Source: Blastocladiella emersonii ATCC 22665 (lineage: Eukaryota > Fungi > Blastocladiomycota). Taken from it: a stretch of 64,000 nt of DNA. This document shows positions 44,401 to 56,961 of the stretch, piece after piece. Numbering within the stretch: position 1 is the first letter of the stretch; every line of letters starts with the position of its first letter. Made by a program: the position numbers and the translations under genes. The notes beneath the pieces are model-generated. The model did no database searches, was not told the DNA's origin, and saw only the letters and a list, made by a program, of their open reading frames with translations. The stretch spans positions 496,001-560,000 of the forward strand of contig JANHCV010000006.1 in the NCBI GenBank assembly GCA_025594325.1, in the 5' to 3' direction.

Positions 44401-47175
44401 GGCTCGGGCTCAGGTCCGGCGGCGAGGCCTGCAACCGAGTGCTGCGGCGGCGAGACGGGAACCCCAGGAGCAACCGGTGAAGCCGGGCGTGGCGACGGGA
44501 TCGGGATCGGGATCGGGGACCCGCGCGCGGCGACAGCGTCAGTCGCGGCGCCAGGCACGGCAGCAACCGAGACCGCCGACTGGCGCCCGCTCGCGCGCGT
44601 CGCGGTTGCCGTAGCCGCTGGCGACTCGGCTGCCGCGGCAACAGCGTCCGTGAGCGGCGAGGCGCCGGCCGACTCGCGCTGGACGTGTCGGCGGCGTGGA
44701 GAATCGGCCGCGGCCGTCGCGGCTGGTCGAGCGGGCGCGGGAGGGGCGGTAACCGACACCGAAGGCTCAGCGACGGCCACGGGCGAAACTGGAGCGCTCT
44801 CGGGCTCTGCCTCCGATACAGACGGCGGCGGCAGCGGGGATGCGGGAGCGGGCGATGCCGCGGCCGTAACGGGCTCCGGAGCCGGTGAGACTCGCGGAAC
44901 GACGCGCTGGACAGCGACCGTCGCGGGCGCATCGGGCACCACAACGACGGTCGCGGGCGCGCGGCGCTTGGCCTTGCGCTGCGGCTTGTCCTCGGGCGTC
45001 GCCATGGGCGGCCGCGCGCCGCGGCCCTCGACGTTAGGCGCGCGCGGCGCGCTCTCGCGGCAATCGGGGATCGGGTCGTGCTCGGCAACGGCAGCGGAGG
45101 CAGCGGGCGAGGACGACGGGATGGCGGCCGGGGTCTCGGGCGCGGCCGCATTGACCTCGCCGAACGCCGACTCCTGGTCGGGCGCAGGGATGGCGATCTG
45201 CGACGCGGGCGCGGGCGTGTCGGGCACCTCGACGAGGATAGCGGGTGCGCGAAGCGCGGGGAACCACATCTTGGGCTGCTGCTGCGGCGGGCCCATCAAG
45301 GTGATGGGCGTGCGGATAGGCTGCTGGCCGGGGACAGAGGCGATGACGGGCGGCTCGGGCTCGAGTTCGAGCGCAGCGGCAGCGACCGGGGCGGGCGGCT
45401 CGAAGATCGCCGACTCGGGCGTCTCGACCTCGACAACGACGAGCGCTCGCGGCACGGGCGAGCGGCCCTCGACGGCCGCCGCAGTATCAACTACGAGTTC
45501 CACGGCCGCAGCCGCCGGGGCCGCCGGCAGCGACTGACGGGCATCGACCACGTCCTGCTGCTCGGGCGAAACGTCGGTGCGCGGGCTTGCGCCGGCGTCC
45601 TCGCGCGCATCAGCCTGCGACGCGTCCGCCGCCATCGCGTCCGCGGGCGACACGGGGAACGGGTCGGGGTAGGCGAAGATCGCGTCGAGGGTCTCGGACA
45701 GCGTCTGCGCGTGGGCCGGCGGCGCGGGTGCTGGCGAAGAGGCGGCGGCCGCCGTCGGCGCGGGACTGAAGCCTGCGCGCGCGCGCGGTGCCGCGGACAC
45801 GTCGGACGTGCGGGTACGGGTCCACCGACGCTTGCCGACGTGCGAGGAAGCGGGCGTCGATGGCGCAGACGACTTTCGCGGCGACGACGCGATGTGCTCG
45901 TCCTACATCATTCCACACGCGAGTTAGCACACGATCACCAAGATCACAGCACGATCTCAAGCGCACCTCAACGGATTCCGACTCAACATCCCGCATCACC
46001 GCCTTGAGGAACGCGGGCGGCGACGGCACGCCGGGTGTCTCGGCCATGGCGCTGTCGACGATGACGGCCGCGGCCGCGGCAGCTGCGGCTTCGGGCGCCG
46101 CCGGTGGCGCGGGAGCGTGGCGGTTCCACGCGATGGGCGATCCGCCGAGCGCGAAGCGGGCGAGCTCGAGGCCGAACTGGGCGGGCGCGGAGGCGCGGCG
46201 GAACGCGGCCGAGTCGAGGGCGACGGGCGAGAAGCGCACGGGTGCGCGGGAGTCGCGGTACGCGGGCGGCGCGGGGGTCTCGACGACCGGAGCGGCAGGT
46301 GGAGCTGCGGAGTGGTGGGGCGCAGCGGAGGGATCGGCGGCCTCGCGAAAGTCGACGACGTCGGCGGCAGGCGGAGCAGCGGCGACAGGATCGGCGGCCT
46401 CATGATGGGTGACGGCAGTCTCGGCCTCGCCGTGGTACGCTGCCTCGGCAGTATCCGCGGCCGCAACGAACGGCTCCACGTGCTGCTCGACGTCGACCTC
46501 ACGGTGCGGCGTCGCAGCGACAAACGCCGGCACCGCGCCCGCGAGCGCGACCGCCGAGAGCGCGGCGGTGAGCGACGCCGTGACGTCCGCAGCCGCTGCT
46601 GCAGGCGATGGCGCGATACCGACGGGATCAGGCTCGGTCGCAGCAGCCGCGACGGTGAACGCGGGCGGTGCCGGCGGCGCGAGCGACGCGGCGAGACGTG
46701 CAGCGCGCGAGTTGGTGACGATGGGGGTCATGAAGTAGGGCGAGTCGATGAAGTAGGACGGCGAGTTGAAGGCGAAGGCCGATGCGACGGGGGATGCAGG
46801 GATAGGGGCAGGGGCGGGGGCAGGCGCGACGGGCGCTGCCGCGGTCAGGGGCTCCGACGAGGCCACGGCCGGCGAGTCGGTCGCGTCAGGCACGAGGGCC
46901 GCGGGCGGCGAGTCGGGCTGGATCGCGATTGGCGATGCCGGGTCGCTCGAGGCGACGTGGGAGTGCAGCTCGCGCTCAGCGACCTCCTCCTCGTCGTGCA
47001 CGTCGGCGAGCACGGCCTCGTCCTCATTGTGTTCCACGCGCGCAGCGGCGACCGTCGGCGGCTCATAGCGCTCGTGCTCGGGGAACTCGGCGTCGATCTG
47101 GCCGACGAGCGCCGCGCACCGTGCCTCGATGAGGGCGAGGGCGCGGCAGTCGGCGTCGGTGAGCAGGCCGTCCAT
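39984..47175 (-). CDS. INCENP/Sli15-like chromosomal passenger protein, very large, multi-exon
   Basis: The C-terminus after splicing reads RRPIPAWS..ALSAQVAEQ..GVVPPMRLKVV..DMGADRLTRREMDEYAAYL, an IN-box pattern (IPxWA..DRLTxxExxxY). Short N-terminal helix; Pro/Ala/Ser-rich middle; open exons 47175-~45967 and ~45772-~41440. Confidence 0.7.
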
Positions 47176-47498
47176 GTTGCGCTGACAGAGTGGCTCTCGA
47201 TGGGTTCCGTTGCGTTGCGGTGAGTTACGTGTGCGCGAGGGTGATGTGTGTGCGGTTCATTCGAGGTTGAAAGGGCAAAGGGAGAGGGGAGATGCGTGCG
47301 AGAAGTCGGAGAGGGGACGCCGGCGCGGCTCGGCACACGTGTGGGATCTGCCTTGCTGGTCCCGACGCGACGCTGGACGCGCGCATGCCGAGGCCGCTGA
47401 GGTCGCCGATGGCCACGAATTCAAGGAAAATGACGGTGATATACAATATGCGACAGCACAAGAGAAGAGGGAGGGAGAAGAGGAGGGAGGGACAACAA

Positions 47499-49397
47499 TC
47501 ACTGCGACGCCGTGGCCGCGGCCGCTGAACTCGAACCCGCGGCCGATGCGTCGCGCGCGCCGGTCGGCACGACAGATGCTGCCTTGCCTGCGGCGGTCGC
47601 TGCTGATGGTGGCGAAGCCGATGCCGAGGAAGACCCGGCGAGCATCCCGATCGGCGTGTCGTCGTCGCCGCCGCCGACCACGGGCGCCGGCGCCGCGGCC
47701 TCGCGCAGTCTGCGCTGCTCCTCCTCCTCGGCGAGCGCGCGGACGCGTGCCTCCTCGTCGGCAATGGACTGCCGGATGGCCTCCATGACCATGATATCCT
47801 CAAGGTCCGCGTTGAGTGCGCGCATGTAGACGCGCTCCATCTGGCGGCGGGACATGGGCTGCCCGCCGCTTGGGGGAGCGGCGCCGACGAGGGACAGGAG
47901 GGCGGCGGTGGCGGTGCTGGGGCGGCGTTCCGGGTCGCTGCTCGAGGTAGCAGGTGCGGCTTGTTGTTGGTCGTACAGCATGCGGCGGATGCGCGCGGCG
48001 GCCGCGTCCTGGTGCTCGCGCAGCATCGACAGCTGGTGCTCCTGCTGCAGGTGGCGGACGTACGCGGGCCGGATGTCGTCCGACGACACGGGGTCGGCGG
48101 GGACAGGCGCGGGCGCGGACTCGGGGTCGTCGAGCAGAACAGCGGGCTCCGTGGCCGTGGTCACGCTCGGGACGGGCGGCACCACAACCTCCGCGGCCAC
48201 GGCCTCCTCAGCTAACAGCGCGTCGGGCAGCATGCTGGTGGACTGGGACCGCGTGGGCCGGGTGTGCGTGGTGGCGGTGATGGTGAGCCCGGACGCGTTG
48301 CTGCCGTGGTGGTGGTAGTGCTGGCTGTTGTTGTGGCTGCGCGGCGACAGGGACAGCTCAGGCGTGCGCCCCGCGGCTCCCGCACTGGCGGCGTCGGACT
48401 CGGACGCGCGGCGGTCCGTGGCGGGGATCGCGACGGGCACTGCCGCCGCGGTTGTCGGCCACGGCTCGACCTGCCCACCGCCAGACGCAGGCGGCGTGGT
48501 AGGCAGCGGGACAGGCGCGGGCGCGGCGGACCCCGCGGTCGCGTTCTGAATCGCGCGCGCGGGCGGGGTGTAGACGACGGCGAACCCGGGCATGGCGCAG
48601 TACGGGCAGTCGGCGGGGTGGGTCGCGTCGGGCCGCTTGATCTGGACAAAGCACTCGGAGCAGATGGGCTGGTCGCAGCATTTGGCGACGTTGACGTTGC
48701 CCGGGTAGAAGAGGAAGCAGATGGCGCACTCGACGGCGCCGCCGACGCGCGCCATCCACGCCTTGACCTTGGCGTCCTCGGACTTGGTCTCGGGGACGTC
48801 CCCCGCCGTTGGTGGCGGCGACGCGACGAGCGGCGCGTTATCCTCCTCGAGCTCGGCGGCGGCGACGCGCGCGGCGAGCTGCTGGATCTCGTCCTCGTCG
48901 ACGTCCTCGAGCCCCGTGTAGAAGGGCGCGAGCCGGCGCGTGCGCACGAGGTCGCGCACCAGGTACGGGTCGTAGTGGTGCGTCGCCTGGTACAGCTCGT
49001 TCATGGGCGTGATGTGCCCGCCGTCGACAATCTCGGCCTTGTCGATGGGCGGCGGCGGCGGCGGGGGTGGTGGCGATGGTGGGGCCGCTGCCGCCGCGGC
49101 TGCAGCTGCACGGCGCGATGAGCGGCGCGAGCCGTCGGCGTTGCGCGAGCTGCTGCCCGACGACGACGACGGTGGTTGCTGGTGATGATGATGATGGTGG
49201 CGGTCATGGTGGCGGCGCGACGATGACGGCGATGCCGCAGCAGCAGCGTCGAGGCTCGAGCTGGACCCGGACCCCTGCTGGTTCCGGCGCGACGACGAGC
49301 GCGACGCGAGCGTCGACGGCGCCGACCCGGGATACCGGCGGTCGTCGCTCGTGCCGCCGCCGGCGTTGCGCGACGACGACGAGTGGCTGTTTCCCAT
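47499..49397 (-). CDS. SIP5: Sip5-like RING-type protein with N-myristoylation-type start and UIM-like motif
   Basis: MGNSHSS; [29 protein letters not shown]; [30 protein letters not shown]; [15 protein letters not shown]. Confidence 0.85.
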   Translation of the reverse strand: MGNSHSSSSRNAGGGTSDDRRYPGSAPSTLASRSSSRRNQQGSGSSSSLDAAAAASPSSSRRHHDRHHHHHHQQPPSSSSGSSSRNADGSRRSSRRAAAAAAAAAPPSPPPPPPPPPIDKAEIVDGGHITPMNELYQATHHYDPYLVRDLVRTRRLAPFYTGLEDVDEDEIQQLAARVAAAELEEDNAPLVASPPPTAGDVPETKSEDAKVKAWMARVGGAVECAICFLFYPGNVNVAKCCDQPICSECFVQIKRPDATHPADCPYCAMPGFAVVYTPPARAIQNATAGSAAPAPVPLPTTPPASGGGQVEPWPTTAAAVPVAIPATDRRASESDAASAGAAGRTPELSLSPRSHNNSQHYHHHGSNASGLTITATTHTRPTRSQSTSMLPDALLAEEAVAAEVVVPPVPSVTTATEPAVLLDDPESAPAPVPADPVSSDDIRPAYVRHLQQEHQLSMLREHQDAAAARIRRMLYDQQQAAPATSSSDPERRPSTATAALLSLVGAAPPSGGQPMSRRQMERVYMRALNADLEDIMVMEAIRQSIADEEARVRALAEEEEQRRLREAAAPAPVVGGGDDDTPIGMLAGSSSASASPPSAATAAGKAASVVPTGARDASAAGSSSAAAATASQ

Positions 49398-50023
49398 GGC
49401 ACGTAGTGTTGGTGTTGGAGGTATCGATGGAGGGGAGAGAGAGGGAGGGATGCGGGTCGGGCCGATCGAGGTTCGGTCGGTGATGTAGGCAGGCCGTTCC
49501 GAGTGGCGGCGGCAGCGGCGGCGGATGCACAGGCACCGACGACTTAGTCACCGTCACCTGGGCCGCAAACTTGGACGCGTCGGATGACGATGCGCGGCGA
49601 GCGACCAAAGATAGTCGGGCGCGTGCGCGGGCGGGAGCGGGAGCGGGAGCGGGAGCGCTGGCCAGCCGAAACGGGGACGGAGCCGGCAGCGGCGGACGGG
49701 CGGATGGGCAATGGACTCAAGCGTGCAAGTCCAGTTGCACCGAGTCGTGTGAGCGAGGATGATGCGTAGAGTCGTCTCTGGTCGGTCGCAGAGGAAGATG
49801 ACGACGACGACGTCGAGAAGGCAGACGAGGCCCCGGAACGGAACGGCAGCAGCGCGCACCGGAACGGGAAGGCGAAGCGGCGCCAAGAGCGGCGCGCGCC
49901 TCAAGCACGGCGCACCTGGCCTCACCTGACCGAGACGCGCGACGCGTTTTCCTTCGCGAAACCCGCCAAGTTGTCTACTGCACAAGGATATGTATAGACG
50001 CCTCCGTAGTCGTAAAAAATCAT

Positions 50024-51718
50024 TTACAAGTGCGACCCGCGGTGCAAGTTCTGGGAATCCTTGTCCGTGAGCTTGTGCCACCCGCCGAGCGCGAGCGACG
50101 CGGGCATGCGCGGGCGGCGCCGCTGCTGCGCCGTCGCCATCCCCGCCGCCACCGAGTGCGCGGACTGGACGAGCCCCCCAAACGACAGCGGCGGCGCGAC
50201 GGCGGCACCCGCCCACGCGGCCGCTGCCGCGGAACTTGCCGCCGCCGTGGACCGCGTTGGGGACACGATCAGCTTGCCGACGGTTGTCCGCGCCGACGCG
50301 ATGGCCGGCGGGCTGCGCGCTCCGACAGCGGGCGCCGAGCTGGGCCGGACCGTGTTCGTCACGTCGGGGACGGCGGCCGACGATGGCGCCGAGACAGCCG
50401 GGACGCGCAGCGCGGTACGCTCGAGCCCGCTTCCACGCATGCCGGTGCCCGCGGTGGCCGCGGCACCGCCGAGCTGCGCCGTGAGGGCGGGCTCGTGGTA
50501 GTTGAAGAAGCACGCGGGGCAAAACCGCGGCAGGACTTTTGCGGGCTCGCCGTGCACGGACCACGACGGCGCGCCAAACCGGGCGGCGCTCTGCATCGGC
50601 GCGGGCTGCCGCGGCATACGCATGTCGGTCGCGCCGCGGAACAGGCGCAGGACGTGCACCCAGTGCACGACCATGGGCGACAGGTCGACGTGCAGGATGC
50701 GCGCGTGCGGGGCAAACGACTCGCGGATCGCCACCGAGAAGGCCGACTCGGGCGTCTGCAGCACGTGCGGGCCGTGCATCAGGCGCGGGCCCGTTGTCGC
50801 CGATGTGGGTGCTGCCGGCGACTCGCGGGACCCACGCCGCGCGATCTTGGGCCGCTCCCCGGCAAAGAACTGCTGCTGCGTCTCCGTCGGCGGCGACCCG
50901 GGCGGCGACGGCGGCGAGCGGCCGAGCACGTGCACCTCGTCGTGCGACGGCGAGTACGGGCCCGTCTCGATGTAGTCGACGAGCCGATGGCGGTACATGG
51001 CGGCTTCATCATCGTCACCCCCGGGAACGTGCCCACCCTCGCGCCCGACCGTCATGCGCAGACACCACCACACGCTGGTCTGGACGACATCGACGGCGAC
51101 GACGGCCGCGGGCTGCTCGCGCGGCGCCACGGTGCACGTGCACTGGCACACGGTCGCGGGGACCTGCGAGGAAACGGGCGCGGGCGAGACGGGGCTCGGG
51201 GACGTGGCCGGCGAGATGGCCGCCGCGGCGGTCGCGGGAACGAGAACCGCGAGCTTGCGCGCAGGCGCAACCGCCGCGACGTGCAGCGGGACCGTAGCGA
51301 GGACCGCGTCGCCGCCGGCGCCCGCGGCGGCGCCGGACCCGAGCGTCGACACGCTGAGCCGCGCCTCGACGCGCGCGTGCAGGAGCCACTGCGCGAGGAA
51401 CGCGTGGACGGCCGTGTTCACGTCGTGCGACGCGCCGCGGAGGGCGAGGACCTGGGACACGGGCAGGCGCGACAGGACCGCGCGCAGCGCCGCGGGCGGG
51501 AGCGAGCCGAGCACGGTGCGCGCGCGCGGACGCGTCATCATGGTGGTGGGTGGGAAGTCGGTAGTAGAGGGCATGCTGCTAGCGAGGTGCCGGCGCGAGG
51601 ATACCGTGGTGAATGGCATGGCCAGGGACGGGAGCAGCAGCGGCGCGTTAGCCGAGGTCATGGTCGGGGCGGAGGCGGGCCGGAACGCGGGCGCGGTGGG
51701 AACGGTGGCGAGAACCAT
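50024..51718 (-). CDS. Putative F-box-like protein
   Basis: LGSLPPAALRAVLSRLPVSQVLALRGASHDVNTAV fits an F-box; the rest is unrecognised and the start is uncertain. Confidence 0.55.
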   Translation of the reverse strand: MVLATVPTAPAFRPASAPTMTSANAPLLLPSLAMPFTTVSSRRHLASSMPSTTDFPPTTMMTRPRARTVLGSLPPAALRAVLSRLPVSQVLALRGASHDVNTAVHAFLAQWLLHARVEARLSVSTLGSGAAAGAGGDAVLATVPLHVAAVAPARKLAVLVPATAAAAISPATSPSPVSPAPVSSQVPATVCQCTCTVAPREQPAAVVAVDVVQTSVWWCLRMTVGREGGHVPGGDDDEAAMYRHRLVDYIETGPYSPSHDEVHVLGRSPPSPPGSPPTETQQQFFAGERPKIARRGSRESPAAPTSATTGPRLMHGPHVLQTPESAFSVAIRESFAPHARILHVDLSPMVVHWVHVLRLFRGATDMRMPRQPAPMQSAARFGAPSWSVHGEPAKVLPRFCPACFFNYHEPALTAQLGGAAATAGTGMRGSGLERTALRVPAVSAPSSAAVPDVTNTVRPSSAPAVGARSPPAIASARTTVGKLIVSPTRSTAAASSAAAAAWAGAAVAPPLSFGGLVQSAHSVAAGMATAQQRRRPRMPASLALGGWHKLTDKDSQNLHRGSHL

Positions 51719-53360
51719 GGTTGTGTGGCGGAGGTGGAGATGAGAGATTCGAGGGGCACGGAGAGCAGGGCGAGGGCCACGATCGGGGGATGGTGCAGAC
51801 TCGGTCGGGGCGCGGACACGATCGTGCGCGACGCGTCGCGTGCGTGGGGGTGAGAAGAGGTCGGAGTGCGTGGGAGCGCGGTGGGGCAGAGCTGGCCAAG
51901 TATAGCCAGGCAGGTCGAGGGTAAGGGGACAGACGCGAGGGCGAGGGGAGAGAGGGGGGCAAAGGGGGTTTTATGTGCGCGGGCTGCATGAACGGGAACG
52001 CGTACCTCGGACAGGGTGGGCGGTCGAGCGAATCGCGATGTGGTGCGGCGCGAGACGGTGAGGCGGGCGGACGAGCGATGACGGATGTGTGATCGAGCGC
52101 TTGATGGTGACACGCGGGCCGGGCGCCGGGGCAGGTGGGGGACGCGCGGGACAAGGCGCACGACGCGTCGAATCGGACGAGATGTGACTGACCGTCACTC
52201 TCACGGAGCTGACTGCTGACTGGGCGGCGAGCGAACGGAACGGCGGCGCGGGCGCGGAGAGAGCGCGAGAGTGTCTACCAGAAGCCGACGAACGGAGCGA
52301 GAAGGGAGACGAGACGAGGTCTCGAGGTCTCGGGGGCTGCAAGAGCAACGGCAGCGCTTCGACAATGCGCTCTGACTGACCAAGCAGCGTGCGTGCGTGC
52401 GTGCGTAGAGTTTGACTGCGACGACGCTAACTGTGACGGACGGCGGCACACCGCGGTGGTGTTGATGAAGGGGTGCGCGGTGACAGGGAGGCAAGTGTGG
52501 AATGTCTACGCCGTGGAGAGACAACGGCGGCGGTGGGCAACAGGTCACGGTGGTCGAGGGCGCAAGGACCGTGTGACGCAGGCGAGAGGCGAGATGAGCG
52601 AGGGTGGTCGGACGAGCTGGGAGAGAGCGAACGATCCGAACCTCGATCACGGCAGCGGGGCCGGTCGGCCGCGGTCGAGAACGAGCATGGCCGCGCCCGA
52701 TTACGGGCCATTCTCAAGTCGGGGGCGGGCGGCGGACGCACGATGACGTGGCTCTGCAAGCGCGGCCACGGCCCGTGGCGAGCCAGTGCTTCAGGACCGG
52801 CTGGGCTTTGCCAAGCCTTGCTCCCCTCGAAATCGGGTGCTTGAACTCTAATTCAAAGACCCGAATTTAGGCCGCAAATTCTGGGCACGAGTCGCCGAGT
52901 TGTGAGGCCTGATCTGCTCCGGGTGACCGCGAAGATCACGGCCGCTCGAGCTCCATGGCCGCGGCCACGGCCATGGTCGCGGCCCCCGTCCCTTCCGCGG
53001 TGGCCACCGTTTCCGGCGGCTCGCCAGCATGTCCACGATGGACAGCGTTGCCTCCCACGCACTCAGGATGACGATGGCCATCGGACCAAACTGCCGTTGC
53101 ACCTGGTCAGAGTCGACTCGCCCCGCATCCGCGGTGACGCGCCGTGACGGAGCCTGACTCACGCTCGCGTCACCGCGGCTGATCCCGCGCGGCTGACAGG
53201 CGTGGCAGGCGAGCCTACCCGCACGTGATCCTTCGGGCCGGCCCTCCCACCCACGTCCCACGGCGTCCGTCCCTGCCCACGTTTCGTCCCGCGCGGCTCG
53301 ATCGACCCCTTTCCCGTCCTTCACACACGCACTACTTGCAACGTAACTACCGGCACTACC

Positions 53361-55654
53361 ATGGCCGCTGCATTCGGCTGGGACACGGGCGCCATCTTCT
53401 CGACGGCGAGCGGGCCGGGCGGCGACACGGCCGACGGGGCGCGCGAGGAGTCGTTCCTGGCGTTCCAGGACAAGTTCTTTGATTTCATCCAGAGCTTCAA
53501 TATCCAGAACACGTTCATATACCGGTACGGCTGTCCTCGTTGGTCAACGGACACCACAGAGAGCTGACCGACCCTCCCCCCTTCAGCGAGCAGCTGCACC
53601 AGAACCTGATGATGCGCAAGCACTTTCTCGAGGTGCACCTGGACCACCTGTACGCGCTTTACCCGGACGTGGCCGACCGGCTGAAAAAGTCGCCCGCCGA
53701 GATGCTGCCGCTGTTCGAGACGGCCGCTGCGCGGTCGGCCAAGAAGATCCTGTTCGCGAACACGGCCGTCGACGATGCCAAGGTGCCCGCGATCCAGGTC
53801 ACGCTGCTGTCGTCGGACTCGATCACGCCGATCCGCGACCTGAGCGCCAACATCGTGGGCCGCCTGGTGCGCGTCACGGGCATCGTGATCGGCGCCTCGA
53901 CGCTGTCGGCCAAGGCCACGACCGTGCACCTCATGTGCAAGTCGTGCCGGTACGTCAAGGTGCTCCCCGTCACCTCCGGGTTCTCGGGGATCCAGCTGCC
54001 GCGCGTGTGCGACGGGCCCGCGAACCCGGGCGTGCCCAAGGACTGCCCCGTGGACCCGTTCACCATCGTCCACGACAAGTGCTCGTTCGTCGACCAGCAG
54101 TCCATCAAGCTGCAGGAGGCCCCCGACATTGTGCCCGTCGGCGAGCTGCCGCGGCACATCGTGCTGAGCGCGGACCGCGCGCTCGTCAACCGCGTGATGC
54201 CGGGCACCCGCGTCACGCTGACGGGCATCTACGCGGTCGTGCAGCACCGCGACGGCAAGGCGCGCGAGCGCGCGCGCGGCGCCGTCGCCCTGCGCACCGC
54301 CTACATCCGCACCGTCGGGCTCGAGGTGCACCAGGACCAGTCGAACCGCGCGGCTGCCGTCTTCTCGCCCGAGGAGGAGGAGGAGTTTGCCGCCATTGCG
54401 CGCCGCCCCGACCTCTACAACGAGTTTGCCGGGTCCATCGCCCCCTCTATTTTCGGCCACGCCGACGTCAAGAAGGCCGTGGCGTGCCTGCTGTTCGGCG
54501 GGAGCCGCAAGCGGCTCGCCGACGGGATGCGCCTGCGCGGCGACATCAACGTGCTGCTGCTGGGCGACCCCGGTGTCGCGAAGTCGCAGCTGCTCAAGTT
54601 CGTCGAGCGCGTCGCGCCGATCGCCGTGTACACGTCGGGCAAGGGGTCGAGTGCCGCGGGTCTGACGGCGTCCGTGATCCGCGACCCGGGCTCGCGCGAG
54701 TTCTACCTCGAGGGCGGCGCCATGGTGCTGGCGGATGGCGGCGTCGTGTGCATCGACGAGTTCGACAAGATGCGCGACGAGGACCGGGTCGCGATCCACG
54801 AGGCCATGGAGCAGCAGACGATTTCGATCGCCAAGGCCGGGATCACCACCATGCTCAACTCGCGCACCTCGGTCCTGGCCGCCGCCAACCCCGTGTTCGG
54901 GCGGTACGACGACCTCAAGACGGCGGGCGAGAACATTGACTTCCAGTCGACGATCCTGTCGCGGTTCGACATGATCTTCATCCTCAAGGACGCGCACGAC
55001 GAGGCGTCGGACCAGCGGATCGCGCGGCACGTTATGGGGATCCACAAGAACCAGAACCAGCAGCAGAACGGCTCCGGCGCGCAGGGCGGCGACGACGGAA
55101 GCCGCGTCGACTTTGACATGACGACCATGCGCCGGTACATTCTGTACGCGCGGTCGCGGTGCGCGCCGCGGCTGTCCGAGGAGGCCGCCGAGAAGCTGTC
55201 GTCGTATTTCGTGCGGATCCGCAGCGAGGTGCGCGACCTCGAGCAGAAGACGGGCTCGCGCGCCGCGGTGCCCATCACGGTGCGCCAGCTCGAGGCCGTG
55301 GTGCGCATCTCCGAGTCGCTCGCCAAGATCGCCCTTTCGCCGACGGTCCGCGAGGACCACGTCGATGAGGCCGTCCGGCTGTTCCAGCTGTCGACGATGC
55401 ACGCCGTCGAGTCCGGGCACGTCGTCGACGACATGGCCGTCGACTCGCTGCGCGCCGAGATCCGCCAGGTCGAGGACGAGGTGATCCACCGCCTGCCCAT
55501 CGGGTCGCAGACGTCCGTCGCCTCGCTCGTCGCCGAGTACACGTCCCGCGGACTCGCCGAGGCCGCCGTCAACCGCGCGGTCCGGATATTGGTCGACCGC
55601 GGCACGCTCCAGTTCCGCCACCAGCGCAAGGTCGTGTTCCGGTCTGGCGCTTAA
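53361..55654 (+). CDS. MCM5: Replicative helicase subunit Mcm5, one intron (~53525-53586)
   Basis: N-terminus GWDTGAIF; Zn motif CKSC..C..C; GDPGVAKSQLLKFV, IDEFDKM, SRFD, ITVRQLEAVVRISESLAK. Confidence 0.95.
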
Positions 55655-55703
55655 TTGTGGGATGTCTTGCAATGGAATGGTATTTGATTGTACAAAACTA
55701 GAG

Positions 55704-56606
55704 CTAGGGTTGCGCGAGCAGCAACGCCGGCAGCCCGGACGTGGCCACGACGACGGCGAGCCCCGAGTACGGCGTGCGCAGCACCACGAAATCCCACGTC
55801 GCCAGGTTAATCACGAGCGTCAGCGCGACCACGACCGCCTGGAACGCCTGCACCGCGACGTAGCTCGCGGGCGACCACAGCGGCTCGAGCCGCGCACGGT
55901 CGTCGTTTCTCGGCGCTATCCGCACCCCGTCCGCTTTCGTCGGCGGCGGACTCGGCTCAAACAGTCCCACGGGGACATCCCGCGCCGCCCCGCGCTTCGC
56001 GAGCTTGTACGCGGCGTACGACGACAGCGCCATGGCCGCGAGCGCGACGGGGAGCAGCGCGGTAGCGAGCGTCGCGACGAGCACGCCCCAGGCCCCCGGC
56101 GTCAGCCCGCACGTCAGCGCGGGGCCGGTGCCGCCCGGGATCACAGGCGAGTCGATGGGCGAGAACACGGCGGCCGCGATGACCGCCGTCGGGACGGCCG
56201 CGTACACCAGCAAAAGTACGGCGCGCGCCGCCGGGTGCTGCAGGGTGCGCGGGACGGGCAGCGGGTGGTCGGTCGCGAGGCGGAACGCGGCGAGGGAGGC
56301 GTCGAGGAGGGCCGCGAACAGGACCAGGGTCAGGGGCACCTGGATGAAGCCCTGCGCGAGGCACGCGGCGGGCGGCAGGCCGCCGGTGGAAGCGGATAGC
56401 TGGATGGCCAGACCGAACCCGAACGTCAGCGCGAGGTACGCCGCGAGGAGGGCTTGGAGAGGGACGATGCCGAGGGCTGACCGGTACGCGACGGCGAGCG
56501 GGGACAGCTGCACGCCCCGGAGGCGGCGCAGGAGCGGCGTCACGAGGACGCACGCCAGCGAGATGGCTAGCAGCACATCCGAGATGATGATGCCGGCTAT
56601 CGGCAT
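55704..56606 (-). CDS. 7-TM GPCR-like protein (cAMP-receptor/Git3-like)
   Basis: Seven hydrophobic segments; ACLAQGFI at the start of TM3 and a second Cys in the loop before TM5 (LTCGL). Confidence 0.55.
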   Translation of the reverse strand: MPIAGIIISDVLLAISLACVLVTPLLRRLRGVQLSPLAVAYRSALGIVPLQALLAAYLALTFGFGLAIQLSASTGGLPPAACLAQGFIQVPLTLVLFAALLDASLAAFRLATDHPLPVPRTLQHPAARAVLLLVYAAVPTAVIAAAVFSPIDSPVIPGGTGPALTCGLTPGAWGVLVATLATALLPVALAAMALSSYAAYKLAKRGAARDVPVGLFEPSPPPTKADGVRIAPRNDDRARLEPLWSPASYVAVQAFQAVVVALTLVINLATWDFVVLRTPYSGLAVVVATSGLPALLLAQP

Positions 56607-56961
56607 GGCGAGGGGCGGTCTAGTGGGGGTCTATCGAGGCCAGCTCGGTGTAGTCGTTGATGCGTGGGGCGGCGGAGAGAAGGGGCCGGCCGCGAGTGCG
56701 GCAAGTGCGTGCTGCGAGGAATGCCGAGTCCTCTCTAGTTTGTGCTTGTTTTCTAGCAGAGCAAGCGACATCGTCTAGGTCGGCGGGTCCCCCGAGCGTA
56801 GTGGCTTGGCTTCGCTGCGGGCGGCGTGTGGCGTCGGCGAGACGAGTGATCGGCGCTGACAGCCGTGACGTTTCCGTCGCCGTGTTGAACGCCCAACCTC
56901 CTCCTACCCCCCCCCCCCTCGCAGCGCGGCGACGACGTAGCACACCCCACTAGTCACTGCA

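Noticed and set aside
52864-52980. Two small hairpins upstream of MCM5 (GAATTT..AAATTC; CCATGGCCG..CGGCCATGG)
   Set aside because: Short stems are expected at this GC content; no element ends or other copies in the window.
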